Positions 30,068 to 43,813 are shown, counted from the stretch's first letter. The stretch: DNA of 64,000 nt from an uncultured Chloroflexia bacterium (GCA_963828165.1 CAWHDR010000001.1:2560001-2624000), one strand, 5' to 3'. Program-made: numbers and translations. The notes: a model not told the origin generated them from the letters alone.

Positions 30068-31326
30068 GGCGCGCGTGGCGCGGCCTCCTCGCGCGTGATC
30101 AGATCCCCGGACGACCGCTCTCGCCGCGCGAGGACGATGAACGGCAGCGATAGGGCCTGGACCCCCGCCGAGACGAGATACGACGGCCCGTAGCCGTAAA
30201 TATCGGCGACCCGGCCAAGCACCGGTTGGAAGACGACCCCACCGGTCGAGCCCATCAGCGAGTCGAACGACAGGACGGTCGCTCGTTGCGCGGACGGGAT
30301 GCAGCCGTTGATGAACGACTGCCGCAGCGGCCCTTCGATGGCGAAAACCAGGGCCCATCCGGTCAGCAGCGCAAGCGCGACGACGAAGCTGCCGGTGCCG
30401 CCGATCAGGACGAGGAACACGACGTTGAGGGCGCCCCCGATGAGCAGCGCGTCCGTTCGCCGCCGGAACAACCGTCGCGCCACGGGGACGAGGAGGCCGC
30501 CCAGGATCTGTGCGCCGGCGAAGATAGCCGCGGCAAGCCCCGCGACGCCGTACGCGCCCGTGTCGCCGTACAGCTCCAGCAGATACGGCTGGGCGGCGTA
30601 GAACGCGTAGAAGCCGACGCCACTCGTGAATGGGGCAGCCAGCATGAGCCAGCGCACGGGCGGATTGCGCCATCCACCGTCGATCGAGCCGCGTAGCACG
30701 CTCCGCACCTCGCTCACCGGGTCGGCACCGCGACGCGGGCTGAAGCCGATGTCGTGCATGAAGCGGGCGGCAACGATGAGCGTCACGCCGAGCATCGCGG
30801 CCCGAAGGATGTACGGGACGCCGAGGTCGGTCGCCTGCGCGACCACGCCACCAAGGACGGTCCCAACGAGCATCGCGGCACCGCTGACGGTCTGAGCCCG
30901 CCCGAAGACCGACTCGAGGCTGCCGCTGAACCCGGTCGCCCCGAGCGCATCGACGAGCCAGGCCTCCGTGGCGCCGGAGAAGAACGTGAAGCCGAGACCC
31001 AGCAGGATCGAGGCCAGCGCCCACCCGAGGAACGAGGCGTGGATCTGCCACATGGCGAGGTACAGGAGGGTGGAGGCCAACAGGGTCACCGTGCCGAGCA
31101 GGAACGAGAAGCGCCGACCGCGCGTATCGGCGACGACGCCAGTCGGCACTTCGAAGATGACCTGCCCCACTGCGAAGAAGGCATTCGCGGCGAACGCCTC
31201 GGTGTTGCTCAGGCCCGCGTCGAGCAGGAAGAGCGTGTTGATGCCCCAGATGAACGACGACGCCAGCGTGGTCAGGAGGGTGAGCACGAGATACGTGCGC
31301 TGGACCGTTCGGGCGTCAGTCGTCAT
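30064..31326 (-). CDS. MFS transporter
   Basis: About 12 hydrophobic segments; [15 protein letters not shown] motif A; RATVLS. Confidence 0.9.
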   Translation of the reverse strand: MTTDARTVQRTYLVLTLLTTLASSFIWGINTLFLLDAGLSNTEAFAANAFFAVGQVIFEVPTGVVADTRGRRFSFLLGTVTLLASTLLYLAMWQIHASFLGWALASILLGLGFTFFSGATEAWLVDALGATGFSGSLESVFGRAQTVSGAAMLVGTVLGGVVAQATDLGVPYILRAAMLGVTLIVAARFMHDIGFSPRRGADPVSEVRSVLRGSIDGGWRNPPVRWLMLAAPFTSGVGFYAFYAAQPYLLELYGDTGAYGVAGLAAAIFAGAQILGGLLVPVARRLFRRRTDALLIGGALNVVFLVLIGGTGSFVVALALLTGWALVFAIEGPLRQSFINGCIPSAQRATVLSFDSLMGSTGGVVFQPVLGRVADIYGYGPSYLVSAGVQALSLPFIVLARRERSSGDLITREEAAPRAP

Positions 31327-31420
31327 GGGTCGGAGAATCTACGCTCGGAAGCCGCGTCACGCCGCGACTGCCTTCCGCGTCGGATAGGCGAACGACAACG
31401 AAGACATCCTCCTCCGCGAT

Positions 31421-31456
31421 GGAGCCCTCGGTCCTCCCCCGAGGGCTTCTTCGTGT
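31421..31456 (+). terminator. Terminator-like hairpin with C-rich loop (possible sRNA 3' end)
   Basis: GGAGCCCTCGG-tcctccc-CCGAGGGCTTC followed by TTCGTGT. Confidence 0.55.
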
Positions 31457-31514
31457 CCGGGCCGACCGAGGCGGACCGGCCGCCGCCCCGCCTGCCGCCA
31501 GCCGCCTCGTGACC

Positions 31515-34361
<2,847 letters not shown>

Positions 34362-34383
34362 CTCCGTCGGCTCGTTACACTCG

Positions 34384-35478
34384 ATGCGTGCAAGCGTACC
34401 GCGCCCGACGGAACACCGACCGATGAAGGCGTGGGGCGATCTCCCAGGCGAGCGTGCGGCCCGCGAGCGCGCCGAGATGGAGGCCGCGATCGACGAGGCC
34501 GGGATCGACCTCGACCCGGTCCCACACGGGCATCACCGCCACGGCGAGGAGACGCACGCGAGCGACCATGCCCATCCACATCGCCAGTCGGTCGCCGGCG
34601 AGACGCCCTACACCGGGATCGTCGGCGCAGGGGCGGTGGGGACGGCGCTCGGGGCGGCCCTGAGCCGGGCGGGCTGGCCGATCCACGCCGTGGCCAGCCG
34701 CGACGCAGCGCGCCGGGAGCGGTTCACCGGTCTCGTCGAGGGCGCACGTGCGTTCATGGAGCCGCAGGCCCTCGTGGAAGAGGTGGAGCTGATCATCCTC
34801 GCCGTACCGGACGACGCGATCGCGCCGCTGGCTGCCAGCGTTCGCATGTACGGGGGCCAGGCGATGATCCACACGAGCGGCGCGCTCGGGGCGGAGGTCC
34901 TGCAGCCGGCGATGGCGGCGGGCACGCAGATCGGCTCGTTCCATCCGCTCGTGGCCTTCGCCGATACGGAACGGGCGATCGCCGCGCTCCACGGGGCGAC
35001 CGTCGCCATCGAGGGTGACGACCAGCTGGCCTCCCTGCTGTCGTCGATGGCCGAACGGGTCGGCGCCACGGCAGTTCGCCTGGCACCTGGCTCGAAGGCC
35101 GCCTACCACGCTGCGGCCGTGCTCGCCGCCGGCGGGTTCGTGGCCCTGCTGGATGCGATCGCGGAGCTCGGCGCGGTCGCCGGCCTCGACGAGGCGGGGT
35201 CGCTGCAGATCTACGGACCGCTCATCGAGGGCACGCTCGGCAACGCCCGCGCCCTTGGGATCCGCGCCGCCCTGACCGGCCCGATGACTCGCGGCGATGT
35301 CGGCACCCTGGAGGCGCACCTCGCGGCGCTTGCCGCGCATGCCCCCGCGGCGCTCGAGCTGTACGCGGCCGCGGCCCGCCGAGAGATCGCCCTGGCCGAG
35401 GCCCGGGGCGCCTTGGCACCGGAGACCGCGACCGCCATGACGGCGACCGTCGTCGCGGCGCTTGCAAGGGCCGACTGA
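34384..35478 (+). CDS. Rossmann-like/DUF2520 oxidoreductase (PanG-like) with His-rich N-terminal extension
   Basis: GAGAVG, LAVPDDAI, HTSGA, FHPL, YHAAA, LTGP..RGD; start uncertain (34384 or 34423). Confidence 0.82.
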   Translation: MRASVPRPTEHRPMKAWGDLPGERAARERAEMEAAIDEAGIDLDPVPHGHHRHGEETHASDHAHPHRQSVAGETPYTGIVGAGAVGTALGAALSRAGWPIHAVASRDAARRERFTGLVEGARAFMEPQALVEEVELIILAVPDDAIAPLAASVRMYGGQAMIHTSGALGAEVLQPAMAAGTQIGSFHPLVAFADTERAIAALHGATVAIEGDDQLASLLSSMAERVGATAVRLAPGSKAAYHAAAVLAAGGFVALLDAIAELGAVAGLDEAGSLQIYGPLIEGTLGNARALGIRAALTGPMTRGDVGTLEAHLAALAAHAPAALELYAAAARREIALAEARGALAPETATAMTATVVAALARAD

Positions 35479-35805
35479 GGCGCTACCATTGCGGCCCATG
35501 GGACACAGCATCGCCGCGAAGTACGCGGCTCGGCCGGCTGCGCGTTTCGTTCACCCGTCGAGCCGGGCTCGCGAGCGGCGGCTGGGCCTCGTCCCGACCT
35601 CCTCGTTCTCCGCGGTCGCCGCGCGCCAGACGGAGCTGCGCGGTTCGGAGGCCGGACCGTACGCCCGCCTGCGAGCCGGTTGGCGCGGACCCCGCCCGGC
35701 CCGACCGCGCATCCAGAACGGGCGGCTTCGGCCCGAGGTCGAGATGCATTGGGCTCGTGCTGCACGATCCGGTCCGGGTCGGCGTCCCCGCGCCGCAACG
35801 GCGCC

Positions 35806-36300
35806 GTGGCACGCCTGAGGACCGCGACCGCCACATCGGCCGGCGGCATCGTCGTCAGGTATGAGGCCGGGCGACCCCAACTCGTGATCGGCAGTCGCCG
35901 CCGCGAACGCGACGGTCGGACCTGGACCCTTCCCAAGGGCACCCCCAAGCGCGGCGAGAGCACCGAGCAGACGGCGCTGCGCGAGGTCGGCGAGGAGACC
36001 GGCTTGGACGTCCGCATCACCGGCCCGCTCCAGGACATCGAATACTGGTTCGTCCAGTCGGGTGCGCGGATCCACAAGACGGTCCACTACTTCATGATGG
36101 AACCCGTGGGCGGCGACCTGGACCGGCATGACCACGAGTTCGACCAGGTGCGCTGGATCGACTTCGGGGAGGCCGCCGCGATCCTGACCTTCGAGACAGA
36201 GCGGGCGCTCGTCGCCCGGGCGGCGGACCTGCTCGGCGTCGGACCGGCCGACCGCGGGGATGCCGCCGCCAGCGCCAGCGCGGCGGAAGCCGCCTCGTGA
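35806..36300 (+). CDS. NUDIX hydrolase (may extend upstream to 35498 across an indel)
   Basis: SAGGIV, WTLPKG...GES.EQTALREVGEETG Nudix box; GTGA overlap with gcvT. Confidence 0.85.
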   Translation: MARLRTATATSAGGIVVRYEAGRPQLVIGSRRRERDGRTWTLPKGTPKRGESTEQTALREVGEETGLDVRITGPLQDIEYWFVQSGARIHKTVHYFMMEPVGGDLDRHDHEFDQVRWIDFGEAAAILTFETERALVARAADLLGVGPADRGDAAASASAAEAAS

Positions 36301-37418
36301 CCGACGCCGCCGTCAAGGGCCACGCCGTCCTCGAGACGCCGCTCGCTGACCGCCATACGGCGCTGCACGCCCGGATGATCGAGTTCTCGGGCTGGCGCAT
36401 GCCCGTCCAGTACACCTCGATCATCGAAGAGCATCGCGCGGTCCGGGAGCGGGTCGGCCTGTTCGACCTCTCGCACATGGGTGAGCTCCTCGTCGAGGGA
36501 CCCGATGCCGGCCTGGCGCTGGCCGGGGCCGTCGTGACGAACCCGCCGGCTTTGGCGATCGGGCGAGCGCACTACTCGATGATCTGCGCCGCCGACGGCG
36601 GCATCATCGACGACCTGATCATCTACCGCCTGGCCGAGGACCGGTTCATGGTCGTCGCCAACGCGGGCAACGCCCAGGTCGTGTCCGATGCCCTCGCGGA
36701 ACGCCTGGGAGGCGCCCGGGCCGTCCTCGACGACCAGTCCCTCGCGACGGGCCTCGTCGCGGTCCAGGGACCGCGTTCCGTGGATGTCCTCGGCCCGCAC
36801 ACCGACGTGGACCTCACGGCCCTGCGCTACTACGCCATGGCCGAGGGTGCCGTCGCGGGGATCCCCGCGCAGGTCGGCCGGACCGGCTACACCGGAGAAG
36901 ACGGCTTCGAGGTGTTCGTCGAGACGAGTCGGGTCGGGGAGCTGTGGGACGCGCTGCTGGACGCCGTGCGAGGGGCCGACGGGCTGCCGGTCGGCCTGGG
37001 TGCGCGCGATACCCTGCGTCTGGAGGCCGGCATGCCGCTGTATGGCAACGAGCTCGATACCGCCACGAACCCGTTCGAAGCCGGCCTGGGCCGCGTCGTG
37101 AAGCTCGACAAGCCGGGCGACTTCGTCGGACGCGCCGCCCTCGAGCGCGTCGCGGCCGAAGGCCCCAAGAAGCGCCTCGTCGGCCTGACCATGGAGGGCC
37201 GGGGCATCGCCCGCCATGGCTATCCGGTCCATGCCGGCGAGCGGCGGACCGGGGTCATCACCAGCGGGACGCAGTCACCCACGCTCGGTGTCCCGATCGC
37301 GATGGCCTACGTCGCACCGGCGGACGCCGAAGCCGGGACCGCACTCGATGTCGAGATCCGTGACGCGCGCGTCGCCGCGCGGGTCGTGCCCTTGCCGTTC
37401 TATCGGAGGACCACCTGA
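36297..37418 (+). CDS. gcvT: Glycine cleavage system aminomethyltransferase
   Basis: FDLSHMG, RTGYTGEDGFE, GLGARDTLRLEAGMPLYGNE. Confidence 0.97.
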   Translation: MTDAAVKGHAVLETPLADRHTALHARMIEFSGWRMPVQYTSIIEEHRAVRERVGLFDLSHMGELLVEGPDAGLALAGAVVTNPPALAIGRAHYSMICAADGGIIDDLIIYRLAEDRFMVVANAGNAQVVSDALAERLGGARAVLDDQSLATGLVAVQGPRSVDVLGPHTDVDLTALRYYAMAEGAVAGIPAQVGRTGYTGEDGFEVFVETSRVGELWDALLDAVRGADGLPVGLGARDTLRLEAGMPLYGNELDTATNPFEAGLGRVVKLDKPGDFVGRAALERVAAEGPKKRLVGLTMEGRGIARHGYPVHAGERRTGVITSGTQSPTLGVPIAMAYVAPADAEAGTALDVEIRDARVAARVVPLPFYRRTT

Positions 37419-37419
37419 C

Positions 37420-37803
37420 GTGACCGCACCAAACGATCTCCGCTATACCCGCGACCACGAGTGGGTCCGGGTCGACGGCGACGAGGCGACCGTCGGGATC
37501 ACCCAGTACGCCGCCGACCAGCTCGGGGACATCGTGTTCGTCGAGCTGCCCGACACCGGCCGCGACCTCGAGGAGGCCAAGCCGTTCGGCGTCGTCGAAT
37601 CGGTCAAGGCGGTGAGCGACCTGTTCGCGCCGGTGTCCGGCGAGGTGACCGCGATCAACGGTGCGCTCTCGTCCGACCCGGAGCTGGTGAACAGCGACCC
37701 GTACGGCGAGGGCTGGATGCTCAAGCTACGGATCGCGAGCCCGGACCAGCTCGATGACCTGCTCGATGGCGAGGCCTACGACGAGCTCGTCGCGGCTGGC
37801 TGA
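37420..37803 (+). CDS. gcvH: Glycine cleavage system H protein
   Basis: [17 protein letters not shown], lipoyl site [15 protein letters not shown]; GTG start at 37420. Confidence 0.96.
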   Translation: MTAPNDLRYTRDHEWVRVDGDEATVGITQYAADQLGDIVFVELPDTGRDLEEAKPFGVVESVKAVSDLFAPVSGEVTAINGALSSDPELVNSDPYGEGWMLKLRIASPDQLDDLLDGEAYDELVAAG

Positions 37804-37811
37804 TCGAGTCG

Positions 37812-39282
37812 ATGCCGTACGGACCTCACACGAGCGCCGACCGCCAGCGGATGCTGACGGCGCTCGGACTCGATAGCGTCGACCAGCTGTTCGCCGACAT
37901 CCCCAAGGAGCTGCGGGCGTCGCCCCTGGACCTGCCGGAGCCTGAGCCCGAGCTGGAGCTGGCTGCCCGCCTGCGGGACCTGGCGGGCCGCAACCGGACG
38001 GACCTGGTGTCGTTCCTGGGCGCCGGCGTCTACCGGCACTGGAGCCCGCCGGCCGTCGACCAGCTGTTGCTTCGCGGCGAGTGGTACACGGCCTACACCC
38101 CGTACCAGCCCGAGGTTTCGCAGGGAACGCTGCAGTCGATCTACGAGTACGAGTCGTTGCTGGCCGAGCTCGTCGACCTCGACGTGGTCTCGGCCTCGCA
38201 CTACGACGGTGCCGCGGCCACGGCCGAGGCCGCGCTCATGACGTGCCGCGCGACCCGTCGCGAACGCGTGCTCGTCAGCCGAGGCGTCCATCCTCATTAC
38301 CGGGCCACGCTGCGCACGTACTTCGGGGGCGGGCTCGAGCTCGACGAGATCCCCGTCGTCGCCGACGGCGAGTCGGCCGGGACGACCGACCTGGACGCCC
38401 TTGAACGGATGCTCGCCGAGCCGGACCGGCCGGTGGCCGGGGTGATCGCCGCGAACCCCGATTTCCTCGGGCTCCTGGAGCCGATGCCGCGGATCGGGGA
38501 GCTCGCCCATGCCGCCGGCGCCCTGTTCGTGGCGGTCATCGAGCCGGTCTCGCTGGCGGTCCTCGCCCCACCGGGCGCGTATGGGGCGGACATCGCGGCC
38601 GGCGAGGGCCAGCCCCTCGGCATCGCGCCGCAGTACGGCGGTCCGTACCTGGGCATCCTCGCCTCCACGGATGCGCTCGTTCGCCAGATCCCCGGGCGGC
38701 TCGTCGGCATGACCACGGACCTCGACGGCCAGCGGGCCTTCGTGATGACCCTTCGCGCGCGCGAGCAGGACATCCGCCGCGACAAGGCCGCGAGCAACAT
38801 CTGCACGAACCAGGCCCTGCTGGCCCTGGCCGCCTCGATCTATCTCGCGACGATCGGTCCGCATGGCCTGCGCGACGTCGCCGCGGCCGGCGCCGCCAGG
38901 GCGGCGGAGCTCGAAGCCGGTCTGGCGGCCATCGGGATCGAGCGGCTCCATCGGGGACCGTACCTGAACGAGTTCGCGGTCCGCATCGCCGGACGCCCGG
39001 GTGGTCCATCGCCGGCTCATCGAGCGCGGCTTCCTCGCCGGCCTGGTCCTCGCCGACGTCGAGCCCGACGACCCGACGCTGGCGGACGGCCTGCTCCTGT
39101 GCACCACCGAGCTCACCACCTCCGGCGACATCGCGCGCTTCGTGGCCGCGTTCGGGGAGGTCGTCGCCGGCCGGCCGCCGGTCGGGGTCGAGGCCGGCGC
39201 GGGTGGCCCGCAGACGGTCGGCGCCGGTGCCCCGTCCGGGGCGGACGGCGCGAAGGTCCCGACCGCCGGAGGGACCCGATGA
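37812..39282 (+). CDS. gcvPA: Glycine dehydrogenase subunit 1; apparent frameshift at ~38988
   Basis: [31 protein letters not shown]; the C-terminus (LLLCTTE) lies in the 39001 ORF and ends in an ATGA overlap with gcvPB. Confidence 0.9.
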
Positions 39283-40778
39283 GCGTCACGGGCCCGAAGC
39301 TCCAGCCGACGTTGTTCGAGCGCGGCCGCCCGGGGCGCGGTGGCGGCAAGATCCCGCATCCACCCAAGGACGCCCTGGACCGGCTGCCGACCGAGGCCCG
39401 GCGCGCCACGCCCCCCGCGCTGCCGGAGATGAATGAGCCGGATGTCGTCCGCCATTACGTGAACCTGTCCCAGCTCAACTTCGCCGTCGACACCGGGTTC
39501 TACCCGCTCGGGTCGTGCACCATGAAGTTCAACCCGAAGCTCAACGAGTGGGCAGCCCGCCTGCCCGGCTTCGCCGAGCTCCACCCGATGGCACCCGACG
39601 AGATCGCCCAGGGCACCCTCCAGCTCCTGTGGGAGCTCGAGCAGGCACTGGTCGAGATCTCCGGGATGCGTGCCGTCACGCTGCAGCCGGCCGCGGGTGC
39701 CCAAGGGGAGCTCACGGGCATCTTGATGATCCGTGCCTATCACCGCGAGCGCGGCGATCTGGGGCGGGACGAGGTGCTCGTGCCGGACAGCTCGCACGGG
39801 ACCAATCCCGCGACGGCGTCGATGGCCGGCTATCGGACCGTCACGATCCCATCGGCACCGGACGGTGGCGTGGACCTGGACAAGTTCCGGGCGGCCCTCG
39901 GGCCGCGGACCGCCGCGGTCATGATCACGAACCCATCGACCCTCGGCCTGTTCGAGAGCCGCATCGGCGAGCTCCTTGGCGCGGTCCACGAGGCGGGCGC
40001 GCTGGCCTACATGGACGGCGCCAATCTCAACGCCATCCTTGGTCGCTTCAAGCCTGGCGAGGCCGGCTTCGACGTGATGCACTTCAACGTCCACAAGACA
40101 TTCAGCACGCCCCATGGCGGCGGCGGGCCGGGCGCGGGTCCCGTCGGGGTAGGGGAGCGGTTGCTGCCCTACCTGCCCACCCCGCGGGTCCTCCCGCAGG
40201 ACGACGGCACGTTCCGGTTGGAGCGGCCCGACGAGCGCCCGACCTCGATCGGCCGGATGCGCAGCTTCGTGGGCAATACCGGCGTCCTGGTGCGCGCGTA
40301 TGCCTACATCCGGGCCCACGGTGGCAGCGGCCTGCGCGAGGTGAGCGACGATGCGGTCCTCGCCGCGAACTACCTCAAGTCACGGCTGGCGGACACGTTC
40401 GACCTGCCGTACGACCGCCCCTGCAAGCACGAGTTCGTCGCCTCGGCCGCGACCCTGAAGGCACGAACCGGGGTCCGGACGCTGGACCTCGCCAAGCGGC
40501 TCATCGACTTCGGCTTCCATCCGCCGACCATCTATTTCCCCCTGATCGTCGACGAAGGGATGCTGATCGAGCCGACCGAGACCGAATCGGTCGAGACCCT
40601 CGACGCGTTCGCCGACGCCCTCATCGCGATCGCCGCGGAGGCCGAATCGACCCCCGAACTGGTCAAGACCGCACCCCACACCGCCCCGGTGAAGCGGCTC
40701 GACGAGGCCACGGCCGCCCGTCAGCCGAACCTGCGCTGGCGCCCGATGGCCGGTGCCGAGACCCCGTGTCCGGACTGA
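39279..40778 (+). CDS. gcvPB: Glycine dehydrogenase subunit 2
   Basis: [12 protein letters not shown] lysine [22 protein letters not shown]; own GGAGG RBS. Confidence 0.94.
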   Translation: MSVTGPKLQPTLFERGRPGRGGGKIPHPPKDALDRLPTEARRATPPALPEMNEPDVVRHYVNLSQLNFAVDTGFYPLGSCTMKFNPKLNEWAARLPGFAELHPMAPDEIAQGTLQLLWELEQALVEISGMRAVTLQPAAGAQGELTGILMIRAYHRERGDLGRDEVLVPDSSHGTNPATASMAGYRTVTIPSAPDGGVDLDKFRAALGPRTAAVMITNPSTLGLFESRIGELLGAVHEAGALAYMDGANLNAILGRFKPGEAGFDVMHFNVHKTFSTPHGGGGPGAGPVGVGERLLPYLPTPRVLPQDDGTFRLERPDERPTSIGRMRSFVGNTGVLVRAYAYIRAHGGSGLREVSDDAVLAANYLKSRLADTFDLPYDRPCKHEFVASAATLKARTGVRTLDLAKRLIDFGFHPPTIYFPLIVDEGMLIEPTETESVETLDAFADALIAIAAEAESTPELVKTAPHTAPVKRLDEATAARQPNLRWRPMAGAETPCPD

Positions 40779-40826
40779 ATGAGCGACCAAACCGCGAACC
40801 AACCGAACGCTCGTTAGGTTCGAGGT

Positions 40827-40855
40827 TTGACAGCCTAGAGAGGGCTGTGGATAGT
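40827..40855 (+). promoter_or_regulatory. Putative sigma-70 promoter of the opp operon
   Basis: TTGACA-N17-GATAGT with a TGTG extension. Confidence 0.5.
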
Positions 40856-41020
40856 ACCCGCAGCGCATCGGACCCGAACCGTGCTGCCGCTCGTCCGGAA
40901 CCCTTGTCGAGTTGGGAGGCTCTGCGAGAGACCACCGCGATGGGCCACGGCACTCGCAAGCACGGCACTCGGACCACATGCGAAGAAATCGGGTATCCAC
41001 CCGTTCGGAGGAGAACATAG

Positions 41021-42784
41021 ATGCATAAGCGTCTCTTGGGTTTGCTGACCACCGCTGCCATCCTGATGGCTGCGTGCGGTGGAGCACCCGCCACATCGGC
41101 CCCGCCGGCCGCCTCGGGGCCCGCCCCGTCGGGTGACGCCAGCGCGTCCGCCCCCACGACCGGACTTGCCGCAGAGCAGATCCTGAACATCGACATCCAC
41201 GGCGAGCCGCCGACGCTCGACCCGAACAAGGCCCAGGACTCCAACTCCCTGGCCGTCCTGCGCGCGCTGCACCGTCCCCTGGTCTACATCAACGACAAGC
41301 TCGAGGTCGTTCCGGCCCTGGCTGAGTCGTGGGAGATCTCGGACGACGCCAAGACCCTGACCTTCACGTTGAAGGACGCGAAGTACAGCAACGGCGATCC
41401 GATCGTCGCCGGTGACCTGGTCTACAGCTGGAAGCGGCTCGTCGACCCGCGCACCGCGGCCCCGTACAGCTACGTCATGGCCGAGGTCGCCGGAGCCGGG
41501 GACCTGCTCGGCATGGCGGGTGCTGATCCCGCCACGCCGGACGCCGAGGTCGACGCGGCCCTCGACAAGCTGGGCGTCGCAGCGCCGGACGACAAGACCT
41601 TCGTCGTCACGCTCGATACCCCGGCCACCTACTTCCTGACGGCGATGACCCTGTGGGTCGGCGTGCCGATCCAGGAGAAGTGGATCACGTCCGAGGGCGC
41701 GACCGAAGGCGGCAACTACGTCGGCTCCGGTCCGTTCATGCTGGACACCTGGAACCACAACAGCGAGATCATCCTCAAGCCGAACCCCAACTGGTACGGC
41801 GAGGTCAAGCCCACGCTGACCGAGATCCACATGCAGATGGCGCCCGAGCCCGCTGCAGCGATGGCCGCCTACGAGGCGGGCGAGATCGACATGCTCCTCC
41901 CCGTCCCGTCCGAGGACATCGAGCGAGTCAAGGCCGATCCGGTCCTTGGCCCGGAGTATTCCGAGGCCACCGACCTCTCGATCACGTACTACAACTACAA
42001 CAACGGCAACGATCCGACGGGTACCAAGAAGCTCGCACGCTGCGAGGACCCGAAGGCCTGCCCCACCAGTAACCTCAACTTCCGCAAGGCGCTGACCCAG
42101 GCGATCGACAAGACCGCCTTCCAGAACGCCACCTTCTCCGGCATCGGCACCGTCGCCGGGACCTTCGTCATGCCGGGCATCCCCGGCGCCCTCCCGGACT
42201 ACGAGCCCCTTCCGTACGACCTGACGGCGGCCAAGGCCAGCATGGACCTGGCGCTGTCGGAGCTCGGATTTGCCTCCGCTGCGGACATCCCGCCGCTGAA
42301 GCTCGGCTTCAACACGGGTGCCGGCCACGAGCCGCGCGCCGCGTTCCTTGCCCAGGCCTGGCTGGACGCCTTCGGGCTCCAGGTCGAGCAGATCGGCAGC
42401 GAGTTCGGCGTCTTCCTTACCCAGCGCACCGCTGGCGAGTACGACATCGCCCGCAACGGCTGGGGTGCCGACTACCCGCACGCGAACAACCAGCTCAACG
42501 GCCTGTTCACGTGCGGTGGTGGCAACAACGACCAGCAGTACTGCAACCCGGCCTTCGACGAGCTGCTTGGAAAGGCCGCCATCGAGAAGGACCAGGCTGC
42601 ACAGGCCACCCTCTACGAAGAGGCTGGCAAGATCCTGGCCGACGACGCCGCCTCCCTGTTCCTCCGCTGGGGAGCCGGGGCGAACCTCGTCAAGCCGTAC
42701 GTGAGTGGTATCACCCGGACCCCCATGGACTCCGTGGCCCCGGGCGAGCACTTCTACGAGACCATCCAGATCCTCGAGCACTGA
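41021..42784 (+). CDS. oppA: Oligopeptide ABC transporter substrate-binding lipoprotein (OppA-like)
   Basis: Lipobox MAAC, EPPTLDP, ALAESWEISDD..TLTF, GSGPFML, WGADYP. Confidence 0.9.
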   Translation: MHKRLLGLLTTAAILMAACGGAPATSAPPAASGPAPSGDASASAPTTGLAAEQILNIDIHGEPPTLDPNKAQDSNSLAVLRALHRPLVYINDKLEVVPALAESWEISDDAKTLTFTLKDAKYSNGDPIVAGDLVYSWKRLVDPRTAAPYSYVMAEVAGAGDLLGMAGADPATPDAEVDAALDKLGVAAPDDKTFVVTLDTPATYFLTAMTLWVGVPIQEKWITSEGATEGGNYVGSGPFMLDTWNHNSEIILKPNPNWYGEVKPTLTEIHMQMAPEPAAAMAAYEAGEIDMLLPVPSEDIERVKADPVLGPEYSEATDLSITYYNYNNGNDPTGTKKLARCEDPKACPTSNLNFRKALTQAIDKTAFQNATFSGIGTVAGTFVMPGIPGALPDYEPLPYDLTAAKASMDLALSELGFASAADIPPLKLGFNTGAGHEPRAAFLAQAWLDAFGLQVEQIGSEFGVFLTQRTAGEYDIARNGWGADYPHANNQLNGLFTCGGGNNDQQYCNPAFDELLGKAAIEKDQAAQATLYEEAGKILADDAASLFLRWGAGANLVKPYVSGITRTPMDSVAPGEHFYETIQILEH

Positions 42785-42805
42785 TCGTCCCCCGGACGAT
42801 CTCCA

Positions 42806-42833
42806 CGTGGGGCCGGCCTCGGCCGGCCCCACG
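42806..42833 (+). terminator. Intercistronic hairpin after oppA (stabiliser or partial terminator)
   Basis: CGTGGGGCCGGC-ctcg-GCCGGCCCCACG. Confidence 0.6.
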
Positions 42834-42882
42834 ATCGATCAGGTCCTAACAGTCGCCCATCAGGTTCGAAAGGCGAGAGGCC

Positions 42883-43800
42883 GTGATCACCTATCTAGCG
42901 CGGCGGATCCTCTGGATCATCCCGGTCCTGTTCGTCGTCTCGGTCATCACCTTCACCCTCATGCACGCGGTCCCGGGCGGACCCTGGTCGCAGGAAAAGA
43001 AGCTGCCGGCGTCCGTCGTGGCACGCCTCAACCAGGAATACGGGCTCGACCAGCCACTCCACGTCCAATACATCACGTGGGCGACCGATTTCATCACCGG
43101 CGACCTGGGCCCGTCCTATCGATTCCAGGATCGGCGCGTGAATGACATCGTGGCCGATGGGCTGGGCGTCACGGTCCAGCTGGGCGTCATGGCCTTCGTC
43201 CTCGCGGTCCTGATCGGGATCCCGCTCGGCATCTTTGCCGCCCTCGGCCACAATCGCTGGCCGGATTACCTCTCCACGAGCTTATCCATCGTAGGCATCG
43301 CCACGCCCAGTTTCGTGCTGGCCATCCTGTTGATCGTGTTCTTCAGCGTCCAACTCGGGTGGTTCCCGACCGGCGGCTGGAAGGGACCCGAGACCTGGGT
43401 CCTCCCGACCGTGGCGCTCGCGGGCTTCCCGATCGCGGTCATCGCCCGCTACACCCGTGCCTCGATGCTGGAAGTGACGCGGAAGGACTACATCCGCACG
43501 GCGCAGAGCAAGGGCCTGCAGCGGAGCGCCGTCGTGAACCGGCACATGATCCGCAACGCACTCATCCCCGTGGTGACGATCCTCGGCCCGACGCTGGCGT
43601 TCCTCGTCACCGGGTCGTTCATCATCGAACGGATCTTCAACATCCCGGGCGTCGGGCAGTTCTACCTGAACTCGATCACGACGCGCGACTACAGTCTGCT
43701 GATGGCGATGACCATGCTCTACGCGTTCGCCGTGGCCTTCCTCAACGTCGTGGTCGATGTGCTCTACGCCTACATCGACCCGCGCATCCGCTACAGCTAG
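42883..43800 (+). CDS. oppB: Oligopeptide ABC permease
   Basis: PGGP, DLGPS, DYIRTAQSKGL, RNALIP, IDPRIR. Confidence 0.92.
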   Translation: MITYLARRILWIIPVLFVVSVITFTLMHAVPGGPWSQEKKLPASVVARLNQEYGLDQPLHVQYITWATDFITGDLGPSYRFQDRRVNDIVADGLGVTVQLGVMAFVLAVLIGIPLGIFAALGHNRWPDYLSTSLSIVGIATPSFVLAILLIVFFSVQLGWFPTGGWKGPETWVLPTVALAGFPIAVIARYTRASMLEVTRKDYIRTAQSKGLQRSAVVNRHMIRNALIPVVTILGPTLAFLVTGSFIIERIFNIPGVGQFYLNSITTRDYSLLMAMTMLYAFAVAFLNVVVDVLYAYIDPRIRYS

Positions 43801-43813
43801 GAGCCTCGCAGCG

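Noticed and set aside
27989-31500. Possible island integrated at tRNA-Val
   Set aside because: No integrase, no duplicated tRNA 3' end found by eye, and no evident compositional shift.
37812-40778. Apparent single-chain 988-aa GcvP
   Set aside because: The junction is out-of-frame Arg-rich sequence. The true GcvPA C-terminus is in another frame and ends in an ATGA overlap with gcvPB, which has its own RBS. One extra G at ~38988 explains it.
40803-40854. LexA (GAAC-N4-GTTC) and DnaA-box-like matches
   Set aside because: Single copies, each with a mismatch, upstream of a transporter; expected by chance.
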